A DNA stretch of 64,000 nucleotides from Candidatus Calditenuaceae archaeon (GCA_025058055.1 JANXEU010000012.1:5095-69094); one strand, 5' to 3'; numbered from the stretch's first letter, positions 35,435 through 45,000 are shown. Numbers and translations: made by a program. The notes: generated from the letters alone by a model not told the origin.

Positions 35435-36918
35435 GGATCGAGCTATCGGACCCGGTAATTCCGAAGGGTTTCGTCCATTTACCGAAGAGGGCCTTCAGAC
35501 TCTCCCGCTCCTTCGAGACCTCCGCTCCGAGGAGAAGGAGAGTGCTGGACGTTCACGACGCCTTCGGGCTCGGTTTGGGAACCAAGAAGTTCGTCGTTTA
35601 CGATAAGCTGGTGGTCGACATCGACCCGGGAGACGTCGTTTTTATCACCGGAGAGAGCGGCGGAGGGAAGTCGCTCCTGCTGAAGGACCTCGCAGCGAGG
35701 CTGGCCTCCTTCAGGGAGTTCAGGCCCGTCCTCAAACTGAACGACATCAAGGTCCCGAGCAACGAGCTGGTAATAGAGGGCGTTGGCTCGGACACCAGAA
35801 GAGCGATCGAATCGCTGTCGACCGTGGGGCTCGGGGAGGCCTTCGTCTTCCTTAGGAGGTTCCGCGAGTTGAGCGACGGTCAGAAGTTCAGGTATCTGCT
35901 CGCGAAGGCCCTCGACCGCAGCCCAAAGACGCTCGTCGTGGATGAGTTCTGTTCGAACCTTGACCGCACCACCGCGAAGGTCCTTGCCTTCCTGGTTCAG
36001 AGACGCGCGAGAGCTCAGAGGGTAACGCTGCTGGTAGCGACATCTCACGACGACCTCATCGAAGACCTGGGGCCTGACGTGCTGGTGAAGAAGGCCTTCG
36101 GATCTAAGGCCGATGTTACCTATGACCTGCCGCGTCCGCGGAGTTGCTCGCTGATGAGCCACATGGTTATAACAGAGGGAACATGGCAGGATTACAAGCA
36201 GCTGGCCGAGTTCCATTACAGAGGTGGAAGTCCGGGTTTCCGGAGAGCAGTTTACAGCGCTAGGCTGGGCAACGAGCTCGCTGGAGTCATAGTTTACGTC
36301 GCACCGCACCGGGAGCTGGCTGCTAGGAACGCAGCACTTCCGATCGTTAAGGAGATGAGGTCCAAGCTCGGGGGATCGGCATTCCTGAAGTGGATGAACG
36401 ATCACTTCGTGAGGATCTCGAGGGTCGTCGTCCATCCGAAGTTCAGGGGCATAGGACTGGGAGTCGAGTTGGTGAGGAGAACGATGCCCCTCGTGGGGAA
36501 GCCGTATGTGGAGACTTTAGCCGTTATGGCGCGATACAACCCCTTCTTCGAGAGGGCTGGGATGAGGCGCGTTCAGTTCGACCGCGGCCTTCCCGCAGCT
36601 GTCGAAGACGCGTTGGAGCTGCTCGACGGATTAGGTGCCGACGACTTCGTCTTGCGGGACGAGGGGCTTTTCAAGAGGTGGTACCGGTCCATCGAGCCCA
36701 GCGCGCGCCGCAAGGTTTTGAAGCTCTTAAAGGCCGCGGTCGGAGGCTACTGGGCTACTCAGTCATCTAAAGATCCCTCCGAAATGGCCAGGGCCCTTGT
36801 CAAGTTGCTGGCGAGGCCTCAATACCTGATCTGGAAGAACCCCGACTCGAGATACGGATCGCTACCGGAACCGATCACTTGCCCTCTTCCTTCCGCTCCT
36901 CAGGAGCAAGCCTCCTGA
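35431..36918 (+). CDS. ABC-type ATPase fused to GNAT acetyltransferase domain
   Basis: Walker A GESGGGKS, signature LSDGQ, Walker B LVVDEF, D-loop SNLD and H-loop TSHD. These are followed by GNAT motif A RVVVHPKFRGIGLGVELV and a tail of about 120 aa. Confidence 0.8.
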   Translation: MRIELSDPVIPKGFVHLPKRAFRLSRSFETSAPRRRRVLDVHDAFGLGLGTKKFVVYDKLVVDIDPGDVVFITGESGGGKSLLLKDLAARLASFREFRPVLKLNDIKVPSNELVIEGVGSDTRRAIESLSTVGLGEAFVFLRRFRELSDGQKFRYLLAKALDRSPKTLVVDEFCSNLDRTTAKVLAFLVQRRARAQRVTLLVATSHDDLIEDLGPDVLVKKAFGSKADVTYDLPRPRSCSLMSHMVITEGTWQDYKQLAEFHYRGGSPGFRRAVYSARLGNELAGVIVYVAPHRELAARNAALPIVKEMRSKLGGSAFLKWMNDHFVRISRVVVHPKFRGIGLGVELVRRTMPLVGKPYVETLAVMARYNPFFERAGMRRVQFDRGLPAAVEDALELLDGLGADDFVLRDEGLFKRWYRSIEPSARRKVLKLLKAAVGGYWATQSSKDPSEMARALVKLLARPQYLIWKNPDSRYGSLPEPITCPLPSAPQEQAS

Positions 36919-37102
36919 TGTCGGTCCAGCACTCGCCGAGCGCGGCTCCGCCCATCTTCTCCCACACCCAGGCGATGAAGACGTTCCTGAGCACCTCGGC
37001 GTCGCTGCTCCCCATCTTGCCCTTCAGGTAGGACAGGCACCGGTACTGTTCGTCGGTGAGGGTCACGAGAACGTGCTTTGGCAACTCATCACCCCATATC
37101 AT
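36875..37102 (-). CDS. ribbon-helix-helix-like small protein
   Basis: VLVTLTDEQYRCLSYLKGKMGSSDAEVLRNVFIAWV fits a strand plus two helices. Its 3' end overlaps the ABC-GNAT gene by 44 nt. Confidence 0.5.
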   Translation of the reverse strand: MIWGDELPKHVLVTLTDEQYRCLSYLKGKMGSSDAEVLRNVFIAWVWEKMGGAALGECWTDIRRLAPEERKEEGK

Positions 37103-37153
37103 CTGGCTAATACTGCAATAATTAGGGTTTCGTCAGAGGTCGTTTGTGAGCCT

Positions 37154-37327
37154 TCATCGTCGGCCGTCTTTGAGCGACGAAAGCCTCTCCCTCAGCCTCC
37201 TCAGCTCAACCAATCGCGGATCCGTGCTCCTGAAGTCTGCCAAACCCCTCAAGACCTGTTCGTAAACCTCCGAGGTCGGCTCAATAGTCCTTCGACGCCG
37301 CAGGACCGCGAGGATCCTCCCCAGCAT
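37154..37327 (-). CDS. possible 57-aa ORF (below the ORF-track cutoff)
   Basis: Manual translation gives MLGRILAVLRRRRTIEPTSEVYEQVLRGLADFRSTDPRLVELRRLRERLSSLKDGRR. It lies upstream of the RHH gene and is co-oriented with it. The listed + strand ORF here looks Pro-rich and antisense-like. Confidence 0.25.
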   Translation of the reverse strand: MLGRILAVLRRRRTIEPTSEVYEQVLRGLADFRSTDPRLVELRRLRERLSSLKDGRR

Positions 37328-37441
37328 CCCCGTATCTCTTCCGAGGTCTCGGTATTATCGCTTCTCCGAACTTGTTAGGTACCAAATACCTTATGTGAGG
37401 ATACGCTTATTTTCATCGCGCTTCACTCGGTATGGAAGATC

Positions 37442-38317
37442 TTGTGCAGGATGCTTGCATTGAGGTTCGTCGAAGGAGCGAGACGGCTGGCTGACGAACT
37501 CATAGACTCGACGGTGGAGGCTTCAGTGAACGACCCCTACCTCGAGAGGTTATCGGGTAACCAAAGGCACTGTCACGGCTACGGCTTCGCGCTGGCGAGG
37601 AGGATCAGAGGGTCTTGGGAGGTCATCAAGGGTAGGTTCGATGCGGCTCCGTGGAAGAGCGGCGAGGAGGCCTGCGATGCTAACCTGAAGGCGCTGGGCG
37701 AGGCCGCAGAGGAACTTAAGGGCCTCCTGAAGAGAGGTGACGAATACGCACTCATCCTCCACAGCAGGCGTACTGGTTCGGAGCCCCGGGGCGTAAACTC
37801 CGCCCATCCGTTCTCGGGCGAGGTGGTGCTCAACGGTGTCAACGGCCCCGAGCTCTTCGAGGCCTATCTCTCCCACAACGGTGGTGTGAAGAAGGCTGAG
37901 CTCGCTGCTCTCTTGGGGCTCGCCGATCCGGACCTGTACACGGACTCGAACGTCCTGCTCAAATTCCTGCTGAGCAGAGTTGACCGACGGGCGACCCGGG
38001 AGCTCCGAGAGTCGCTTAGGGCTGCGATAAGGGAGGCTGTTCCATACGGCCTCAGCTCCTTGGACATGCTCGTCATGTTCGTGGGTCAGTCAACAGCCCC
38101 TATGCTCTTCGCAGCGGGTTACGTGAAGAGCTCCGATGAGAACAGATGGGCCTACTACGAGCCCGTGTTGGTGAGGGGGAATGGGCTTTCGGGTTACGTC
38201 TCGAGCACTGTCAGGGACGTAGCCCTGGGCAGACGCGTCGCGGTCGAGTTCCTCTCCGGGCGGAACAGGTTCCTTTCGGAGCTGTCGCCAAACGGCATCG
38301 AGTCGCTGGAGGTATGA
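37442..38317 (+). CDS. class II (Ntn-type) glutamine amidotransferase-like protein
   Basis: N-terminal MCRMLA, where Cys2 would be the nucleophile after Met removal; 291 aa. Confidence 0.55.
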   Translation: MCRMLALRFVEGARRLADELIDSTVEASVNDPYLERLSGNQRHCHGYGFALARRIRGSWEVIKGRFDAAPWKSGEEACDANLKALGEAAEELKGLLKRGDEYALILHSRRTGSEPRGVNSAHPFSGEVVLNGVNGPELFEAYLSHNGGVKKAELAALLGLADPDLYTDSNVLLKFLLSRVDRRATRELRESLRAAIREAVPYGLSSLDMLVMFVGQSTAPMLFAAGYVKSSDENRWAYYEPVLVRGNGLSGYVSSTVRDVALGRRVAVEFLSGRNRFLSELSPNGIESLEV

Positions 38318-38318
38318 G

Positions 38319-39311
38319 GTGACTCCCTTGGAGATCATGAGCAACGGAAGAGGAGCGATATTGACCCTCGATGATAGCAGATCTATTGCTCTGGACTCGG
38401 ACGATCCGAACGCGCTCGCGTGCGTCTCTCATGCCCACATGGACCACCTCTCCGGATTCGGGTCGAGGTCCGCGATTACGACAGAGGAAACCAAGCTGAT
38501 TCTAAGCGCGAGAGGTTTCAGGTTACGGAATCACATGAGGCTGGGCTTCGGAGAGTCCACAGACTTAGGCAGCGGACTCAAGGTCTCAGTCCACCCGTCA
38601 GGTCACATGTTGGGTTCGGCGGTCTTTGAGGTCGAGGTCGACGGCATGAAGGTGCTTTACACTGGCGACCTCAACACCGAGCCCTCGATACTTCACGACC
38701 CAGCTTGGTCAACGGATGCAGAAGTCCTCGTCATCGAGTCAACCTACGGATCGCCAGTCTATCGCTTCAAGGAGAGGGATCTGGTCTATTCGGAGATCGT
38801 CAGGTGGATCCGGGAGGTCCTCAGAGACGGCAGGATTCCAGCGTTCAACGTCTACGCAGCCGGCAAGGCCCAAGAGATCATCGCCCTCGTCAACCAGTCG
38901 ATCAAGGTGCCTGTGTTGGTAAGCAGGAGGGTAGGCAGCGTCGCATCCGTTTACAAGAGGACATACCCTTGGCTTGATTACGTCGTAGAGGGTTCAAGGA
39001 GTGCATCGGAGGTATTGAGGGACGGCTGCCTCGTTTACGTGAGCGACCGCGTCTCTCAGTTTGAGGGTCTCAGGCTGTCTTGGGCCGTGGCGACCGGCTG
39101 GGCCCTCACCAGAAGTTTTGGGGAGTTCGATGCAGCGTTCCCGCTCAGCAGCCACGCCGACTTCGCCGGTCTCATCGATTACGTTAATTCGGTCTCACCT
39201 AGAGTAGTCGTGACGATGTACGGCCACTCCTCCGTGTTCGCGTCGCACCTCAGGAGACTTGGTCGAAGGGCCTTCTCCCTAGACGAGATACGTAACGTTA
39301 GGATGCTTTGA
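38319..39311 (+). CDS. metallo-beta-lactamase / beta-CASP family nuclease
   Basis: SHAHMDHLSG, PSGHMLGSA, YTGDLN, VIESTYG, LSSHAD and TMYGHS motifs appear in the expected order. Confidence 0.75.
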   Translation: MTPLEIMSNGRGAILTLDDSRSIALDSDDPNALACVSHAHMDHLSGFGSRSAITTEETKLILSARGFRLRNHMRLGFGESTDLGSGLKVSVHPSGHMLGSAVFEVEVDGMKVLYTGDLNTEPSILHDPAWSTDAEVLVIESTYGSPVYRFKERDLVYSEIVRWIREVLRDGRIPAFNVYAAGKAQEIIALVNQSIKVPVLVSRRVGSVASVYKRTYPWLDYVVEGSRSASEVLRDGCLVYVSDRVSQFEGLRLSWAVATGWALTRSFGEFDAAFPLSSHADFAGLIDYVNSVSPRVVVTMYGHSSVFASHLRRLGRRAFSLDEIRNVRML

Positions 39312-39354
39312 TAAAAATATGTGAGGTTGGCTGGGCTTTGTCGCGTGCTTCAGG

Positions 39355-40251
39355 CTAGAGTCTGATTCCGAGCTTCTTCGCTATCTGCTCGAAGTCGTCC
39401 TTGTAAAGGCCCGGAGCGAACTCCTCCGGTACGTCCGGCAACACGGGTATCGGTCCGCCTTCGGGTGGCCCCTGTACGACCTCGAGCTCGCCGTCGCCTG
39501 TTGGTGCCATGCCCTTCCAGATGCGCTCGATGTCTTTGTAGTCGTTTTGGCTGAACCTGTAGAGCTTCCTGTGGACTCCCTTAGCCATGTAGTTCTTGGC
39601 CTCGGGGAACTTGTCGTTCTCGATCTTCGGGATCGGGAGCATTCGCCACACCTCGACCCCGGTTACGGCCTCCAGAGCCTTTCCGTAGGCGAGCGCGTGC
39701 ACTCCTCCCCTCACCAGCAGGTAACCTATCATCTCCCTTGCAACCGGGTTGTCAGTCATCTCGTATACCCGGATCTTCGCGAGCCTTGCGCCGACCTCGA
39801 GGAAGAAGTTGTGCAAGAGGTCGAGCGTCAGGTTTCCGCTCGAGAAGATGTAACCTCCGTGCCAGAAGGCGCCCATGCTGTCCCCAGCGAATGAGGTTAT
39901 CGCGGTGTTGATGAAGTGGAACGTATTGCGTGCAGACTTCCCTCTCTCGAGGGGCTTCTGATCTGGTGGAACGTTCTTCGTCGATCCCTGAAGCAAAAGG
40001 TTGATCGTCGCAGAGACCAGCTCTATGTGTCCCAGCTCCTCAGTCGCGATGTTCGCAATCAGGTCTCTGAAGGGTTTCACCGCCGGGTTGTTGTGGGCCC
40101 TGAAGTTGAAGGACTGGTAGGTGTAGTTCATCAGCGTCGACATCTCACCGAACCTACCTCCCAGCAGCTCCTGCACTGCAGCCGCGGCGTCCGGATCAGG
40201 TTCCTTCGGTGGTGGTAGCGCGATCTGTAACCTGTCTATTCGGAGCCACAT
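39355..40251 (-). CDS. manganese catalase
   Basis: LLGGRFGEMSTLMNYTYQSF and EELGHIELV motifs of the ferritin-like Mn catalases. Confidence 0.9.
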   Translation of the reverse strand: MWLRIDRLQIALPPPKEPDPDAAAAVQELLGGRFGEMSTLMNYTYQSFNFRAHNNPAVKPFRDLIANIATEELGHIELVSATINLLLQGSTKNVPPDQKPLERGKSARNTFHFINTAITSFAGDSMGAFWHGGYIFSSGNLTLDLLHNFFLEVGARLAKIRVYEMTDNPVAREMIGYLLVRGGVHALAYGKALEAVTGVEVWRMLPIPKIENDKFPEAKNYMAKGVHRKLYRFSQNDYKDIERIWKGMAPTGDGELEVVQGPPEGGPIPVLPDVPEEFAPGLYKDDFEQIAKKLGIRL

Positions 40252-40324
40252 AGCGACACACCACGAAACTAGCGTTAGATAGATTTATTTTTTCAAATGA
40301 AACTAATTGTTAAATGAAAAAATA
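40252..40324 (-). promoter_or_regulatory. AT-rich catalase promoter with repeated AAATGAAA elements (candidate Fur/PerR operator)
   Basis: AAATGAAA occurs at 40295-40302 and 40312-40319. There is an inverted TTTCA-AA-TGAAA and an A/T-rich TATA-like tract about 30-40 nt upstream of the catalase ATG. Confidence 0.35.
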
Positions 40325-40762
40325 TCATCCGTTCCTGCGAGGAGAGCATTTTGGGCAGATGACCAACACATCGCACCCCACTACGTTATACCCCTTCTTG
40401 TTGAGGAAGCTGAGCAGTCCTTTGATGTGAGAGTCATCTAGGTCTGAGATGAGACCGCATGCGACGCAGTGCAGGTTCACGTGAAGCCCCTGAGAGAGTT
40501 CATACCTCGAGTGACCTCTCATCGACGAGATCTCTCTCGTAAGTCCCGTCTTCGTGAAGAGCTGAAGGGCCCTATAGACCGTAGCTATACCTATGGTCGG
40601 GGCCCTCGATGCTATGTACTCGTATATCTCGGATGCCTTTGGGTGATCGAGCTTCATCAACGCTTCAGCGACTAGGAGCCTTTGGTGCGTGACCTTTACC
40701 CTGTGCGACTTCAGTAGGGCCAGCAGTTCTTCCGTCGTCGGGCCTGTGCGTTGTCTGGGCAT
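40325..40762 (-). CDS. Fur-family (PerR-like) transcriptional regulator
   Basis: Winged-helix N-terminus (HQRLLVAEAL...ASEIYEYI) and metal-site residues HCVACG ... CPKC. Confidence 0.85.
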   Translation of the reverse strand: MPRQRTGPTTEELLALLKSHRVKVTHQRLLVAEALMKLDHPKASEIYEYIASRAPTIGIATVYRALQLFTKTGLTREISSMRGHSRYELSQGLHVNLHCVACGLISDLDDSHIKGLLSFLNKKGYNVVGCDVLVICPKCSPRRNG

Positions 40763-40841
40763 CCCGCTCGTTGTAACTCGTGGTCGAGATTAATGCGTTG
40801 TGTCCAAAATTCGGCCTTCAACTAGCAGTGACGCGAGCGGT

Positions 40842-41903
40842 TCACACCGGTCTCAATGGAGGGGCGTTCAGGCCCTCATACTCGCTGAACCCCAGCACCA
40901 GGTTCATGCACTGAACGGCCTGACCTGCTGCGCCCTTCATCAAGTTGTCAATCGCTGCGAAGAGAGCTGCTCGACCGATTCTCTGCTCAACTGCCATTCC
41001 AACGTCTGCGAAGTTCGAGCCTATCAGGTATTTCGGATCTGGATACCTACCTCCCCTGACGATCCTCACGAAAGGCTCCTGTCCGTACCTCTTCGCGTAG
41101 GCCCTCCAGACCGCCAGCTCGTCTGTGGAGGTGTCGGACAACCAGACGTGAGAGGTCGCGAGAGCTCCTCTGACCGCACCGACTGCGTGTGGCACCAGCG
41201 CAACCCTGACGCTTTTTCCCGATAAAGCGGTGAGCTCCTGCTCTACTTCGGCAACGTGTCTGTGACCTGCGGCCTCGTACGGTCGCATTACGTTCGCCCT
41301 CTCAGGGTGATGAGTGCCTATGGACGGCTTCATGCCTGCCTCGCTGCTTCCCACCTTGACGTCAACGACGATGTGATCCAAGTCGATAAGCCTGTGTTCG
41401 ACTGCGGGGATAAGAGAGAGCAACGCAGCGGTTGAGTTGCAACCAGGACAGGCGACCAACTGGGCGTTCCTAATGGCGTCTCGATGAAGTTCTGGAAGAC
41501 CATAGGTTGCCTTCGAGAGCAGGTCTGGCGCGTCGTGAGAGAAGTCGTACCAGTGCTCGTAGAGCTTGGGGTCCTTTAACCTGAAGTCGGGGCTCAAATC
41601 GATCACCTTCAACCCGTGCTCAATCAGTTTGGGCGCTAGGCCTTTCGCGACACCGCTGGGGGTGCTCGTGAATACGACGTCGCACTTCCCTATCAGCTGA
41701 TCGACTGAGAGCTGTGAGAACTTCAGGTTTCCAAGGAATCCTTTGAGATTGAAGTGAACGTTAGAGATGGGCTGGCCCGCATACTCACGCGACGTCGCGA
41801 CCGTAATTTCGGCCCTCGGATGCGTCGCAAGTAACCTGAGGAGCTCCCCGCCTGTGTACCCTGATGCACCGACGATCCCGACCCTCACGTCCTTCGTCCC
41901 CAA
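40842..41903 (-). CDS. argC: N-acetyl-gamma-glutamyl-phosphate / LysW-aminoadipyl-phosphate reductase
   Basis: VGIVGASGYTGGELLRLL and the catalytic Cys context ACPGCNSTA; 353 aa. Confidence 0.85.
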   Translation of the reverse strand: MGTKDVRVGIVGASGYTGGELLRLLATHPRAEITVATSREYAGQPISNVHFNLKGFLGNLKFSQLSVDQLIGKCDVVFTSTPSGVAKGLAPKLIEHGLKVIDLSPDFRLKDPKLYEHWYDFSHDAPDLLSKATYGLPELHRDAIRNAQLVACPGCNSTAALLSLIPAVEHRLIDLDHIVVDVKVGSSEAGMKPSIGTHHPERANVMRPYEAAGHRHVAEVEQELTALSGKSVRVALVPHAVGAVRGALATSHVWLSDTSTDELAVWRAYAKRYGQEPFVRIVRGGRYPDPKYLIGSNFADVGMAVEQRIGRAALFAAIDNLMKGAAGQAVQCMNLVLGFSEYEGLNAPPLRPV

Positions 41904-42073
41904 TCTATAATCCGCCTTTCGCCTCCAGATAAAAAACCGGATCTGCTAGAGTCGGCGCTTATAGGGCCTAGAGAGAGCACGATCGAGCCATGCGTCAGAT
42001 CATACTCGAGGATCGCGCCCGTAACACTGAACGCGATACGCATTAAGGTGAGCGAATGGGAGGAACCTAGGCT

Positions 42074-45000
42074 GTGGTTCACCTCAAGAGGATAACGCTG
42101 CAGGGGTTCAAGTCGTTCCCTCCTAAGAGACAGACGATAGAGCTGGTGAAGGGCCTCGTGGTGATCGCTGGCCCTAATGGCAGCGGCAAGAGCAACATAA
42201 TCGACGCGATCAGGTTCGCGTTCGGAGAGCTGAGCCCACACGCTCTTAGGGTCTCGAGGATGTCGGAGCTGATCAACCAATCGGAGGCCGGAGGGACTGC
42301 GCAGTTTGCGAGGGTGACGGTCGTTCTCGAGAACTCAGAGAGGGCCATACCCCTAGACGCCGATGAGGTCACAGTCACGAGACGACTCTACGCCAGCGGG
42401 GAGAGCGAGTACGCCGTGAACAACAGGACCGTTGGGAGGTCAGATGTCCTAGGTTTGTTGGCAGCAGCGAACGTCAGACCCTCAGGGTTTAACGTCGTCA
42501 GTCAAGGAGCGGTACTCGGAATCGCGGAGATGGGACCGGAAGACCTCAAGGAGCTCATAGAAGAGGTCGCCGGAACGGCGGAGTTCGATCAGCGTAAGCA
42601 GGAAGCCATGAAGGAGCTCGAGAAGGCAGACCGGAACGTAGCCGTGGCAAAGGCTGGTGCCGAGGAGGTTAGACGGCGGCTTGTGCAGCTCGAGTTGGAG
42701 TGGTTCAACCTCTCTCGACGCCGGCACTTGGAGAGGGAACTGGAGTTCGTCAAGAGGCGAGAAGTCGTCTCGGAAATTTCGAAGATCGATCAAGAGTTGC
42801 TAAAGGTCTTTGAGAAGATCGCAACGCTACAGGAGGTCAGATCGAAGAAGGAGAGGGAGCTAGAGCGTCTCAGCAAGGAGCTATTTGAGGCGGAGCGTCT
42901 CGATGGTTCGCTTAGGTCGGAAGAGGCTGCAATTCAGTCGGAGATCAGAAGACTCTCTAATGAACTTGAGTTGGCGAGAAATAGTCTTGAGCGCTTGAGG
43001 ACCAAGATGCGAGACTCCGGGCAGAGATACGCAGAGGTGAGGAGGCGTGCGATGTCGATTAGGTCTTCTGTTGTCGCTGAGGTCGAGCAGGCTCGTGTAA
43101 TCAGGGAAAAGTTAGCGTCGCTAGACAAGACCGCTGCGGAGCTTAGCCAGCAGCTCAAGGGTGTCGAGGAAGAGCTCAGGGAAGTGAGTTCGAACGTAGA
43201 GCAACTGAGGTCCAAGCTAGAGAAATACGAAGAGGCCCAAAGGATGGTTTCGGCCGAGCGGAGACGGTTGCAGCAGGAGCTCTCGAAGGTGGACAGTGAG
43301 TTGGCTCGGCTGAGAAGCGAAGAGGCTAGACTGTCTGCGAGGATTGAGTCACTGCAATTGGAGTCTAAGCTGCGCGCTGAGGAACTGAAGAGGGTGAGAG
43401 AGGAGCTGACCTCTCTGAGTTCGTTGAGGACTGAGGTCAAGAGGAGGCTGGAGGGAGGGGTTAGGCTAGTTGCAGACTTAGACCGGAAGTCGCAGGACCT
43501 GGAAAGAGAGCGTTCCCAGATTATGGTGTGGTTGAGAGAGGCCGAGGAAGCCCTAGCGACCGTCAGGCAGGAGAGTAGTAAGCGGTCCTCAGAGATGACT
43601 GAGAGGCTTAGAGAGGTGTTCGGAGAGAGAGTGGTCGGCGTCCTCGGGGAACTAGTCTCCTTTCCGGAGGAGACGCGAGTTCTCTATGAGAGGCTGCTCG
43701 GAGAATTGATGAACGCGTGGGTGTTCAGGCGTAACTCCGACGCTCTAGCTGCTGTCCTAGCCGCAAGCGAGCTCGATCTCAACCTGTATGCGATCAGCAT
43801 AGAGGGAAGAGGTAACTGCTACCGTCGGAAAGGTAGGTGCCTAGCTTGCGCTGCTGACGTCAAGTCGCATGAGGCTCGAGCAGCGCTACACGTCGCTCTG
43901 TCCGGAGCTGAGATCGTAGTGAGCGATGACTTCTCGGTGAGCAGGCCAGCCGTGACAGCCAGAGGAGCCCATCACAACGGCCAGGGTGTCTTCGCCTCTC
44001 TAGGAGGGGTTGTCTCCGAGTCAGAAACGTTCGAAGAGGCGAAAGCGATACGAGAGATGGTGGTCTCGTTGCGAGATCGTTTGAAGGCTACGGAGGTCGA
44101 GCTGGAAAGGTTGCGAGGTGAGGTTTCAGCAGTCCGTGAGGCCGAGTCTGAGCTTAGAGGCGAGCTGAGGTCTATCGACTCCCGTGAGTTCGAACGGAAG
44201 GAGTTGGAGAAGAAGTTGCTCTCTGAGTTAAAGAGGATCGAAGCTGAGTCCTCTAGAGTCGAGTCAGCCTCTTCAGAGCTTCAGTCGAGGGTCGCGACAT
44301 TAGTTAGTCGACGTGAGGAGCTCGAGAAGGCCCTCCAAGAGATCATCTCACCCGATCAACCAGAGCAGGAGAGGAAAGAGCTCCTCCAACAGTCAGAGCT
44401 ACAGTTTCACCTGATATCAGAGCGTTCGAGGTTGATCGCTGAGCTTAAGAGGCACACCGATCAATCAAGCTCTCTCCGAAGAGAGCTAGCCGCCTTGGAG
44501 GGAAGGGTGGCCGATGTGCCCGCAAGAATCGAGGAGCTCGAGAAGGCCGCAGCCCTACATCTGGATCGCGTTAGATCGGCAGCGCTGGAGTACGCCGACA
44601 CGCTGAAGTCCGTCAGGGAAAGAGAGGCAGAACTCTCGAGGTTGGAGGACCACCTTCAACGCCTCAGGAGCGAGTCGGTCGGTCTATCAGAGAGAGTCAG
44701 GGCACTCAGGGAGGAACGGGATAGAGTGGGGGAGGAACTGGCCCGAGTTGACTCCGACCTCGAGTCTTGGAAGCTCTCAAGGGTCGAGCTTTCCTCTAGG
44801 CGGAACGCTCTGGAGGAGAGGTTGCAGGGCGGTGAGGTTCTCGTTCAGGAAGTTGCATTCGAGCTGCCGCAGCCTGTCCTCGAGGAGTTCAGGTCCTCTA
44901 TGGAACGAGAGCTTCAAGAGCTTGAGCTGGTTAACCAGCTGGCACCGATGCAGTACGTGGAGGTCTCGTCGACGTACAGGCAAAAGTCGATAAGGATATC

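Noticed and set aside
35479-36435. 318-aa ORF antisense to the ABC-GNAT gene
   Set aside because: The plus-strand product carries complete Walker/signature/GNAT motifs. The antisense product is low-complexity and Arg/Pro-rich.
31248-37327. Interpretation as an intact tailed provirus
   Set aside because: No HK97-type capsid, portal, protease, tail or integrase genes are recognisable. I could find no flanking direct repeats or tRNA target. Composition matches the host. It is treated instead as an orphan or domesticated terminase-containing cluster.
41885-42280. 131-aa minus-strand ORF overlapping the argC start and the smc start
   Set aside because: It overlaps two well-supported genes, including the SMC P-loop region, and has no motifs. 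Probably spurious.
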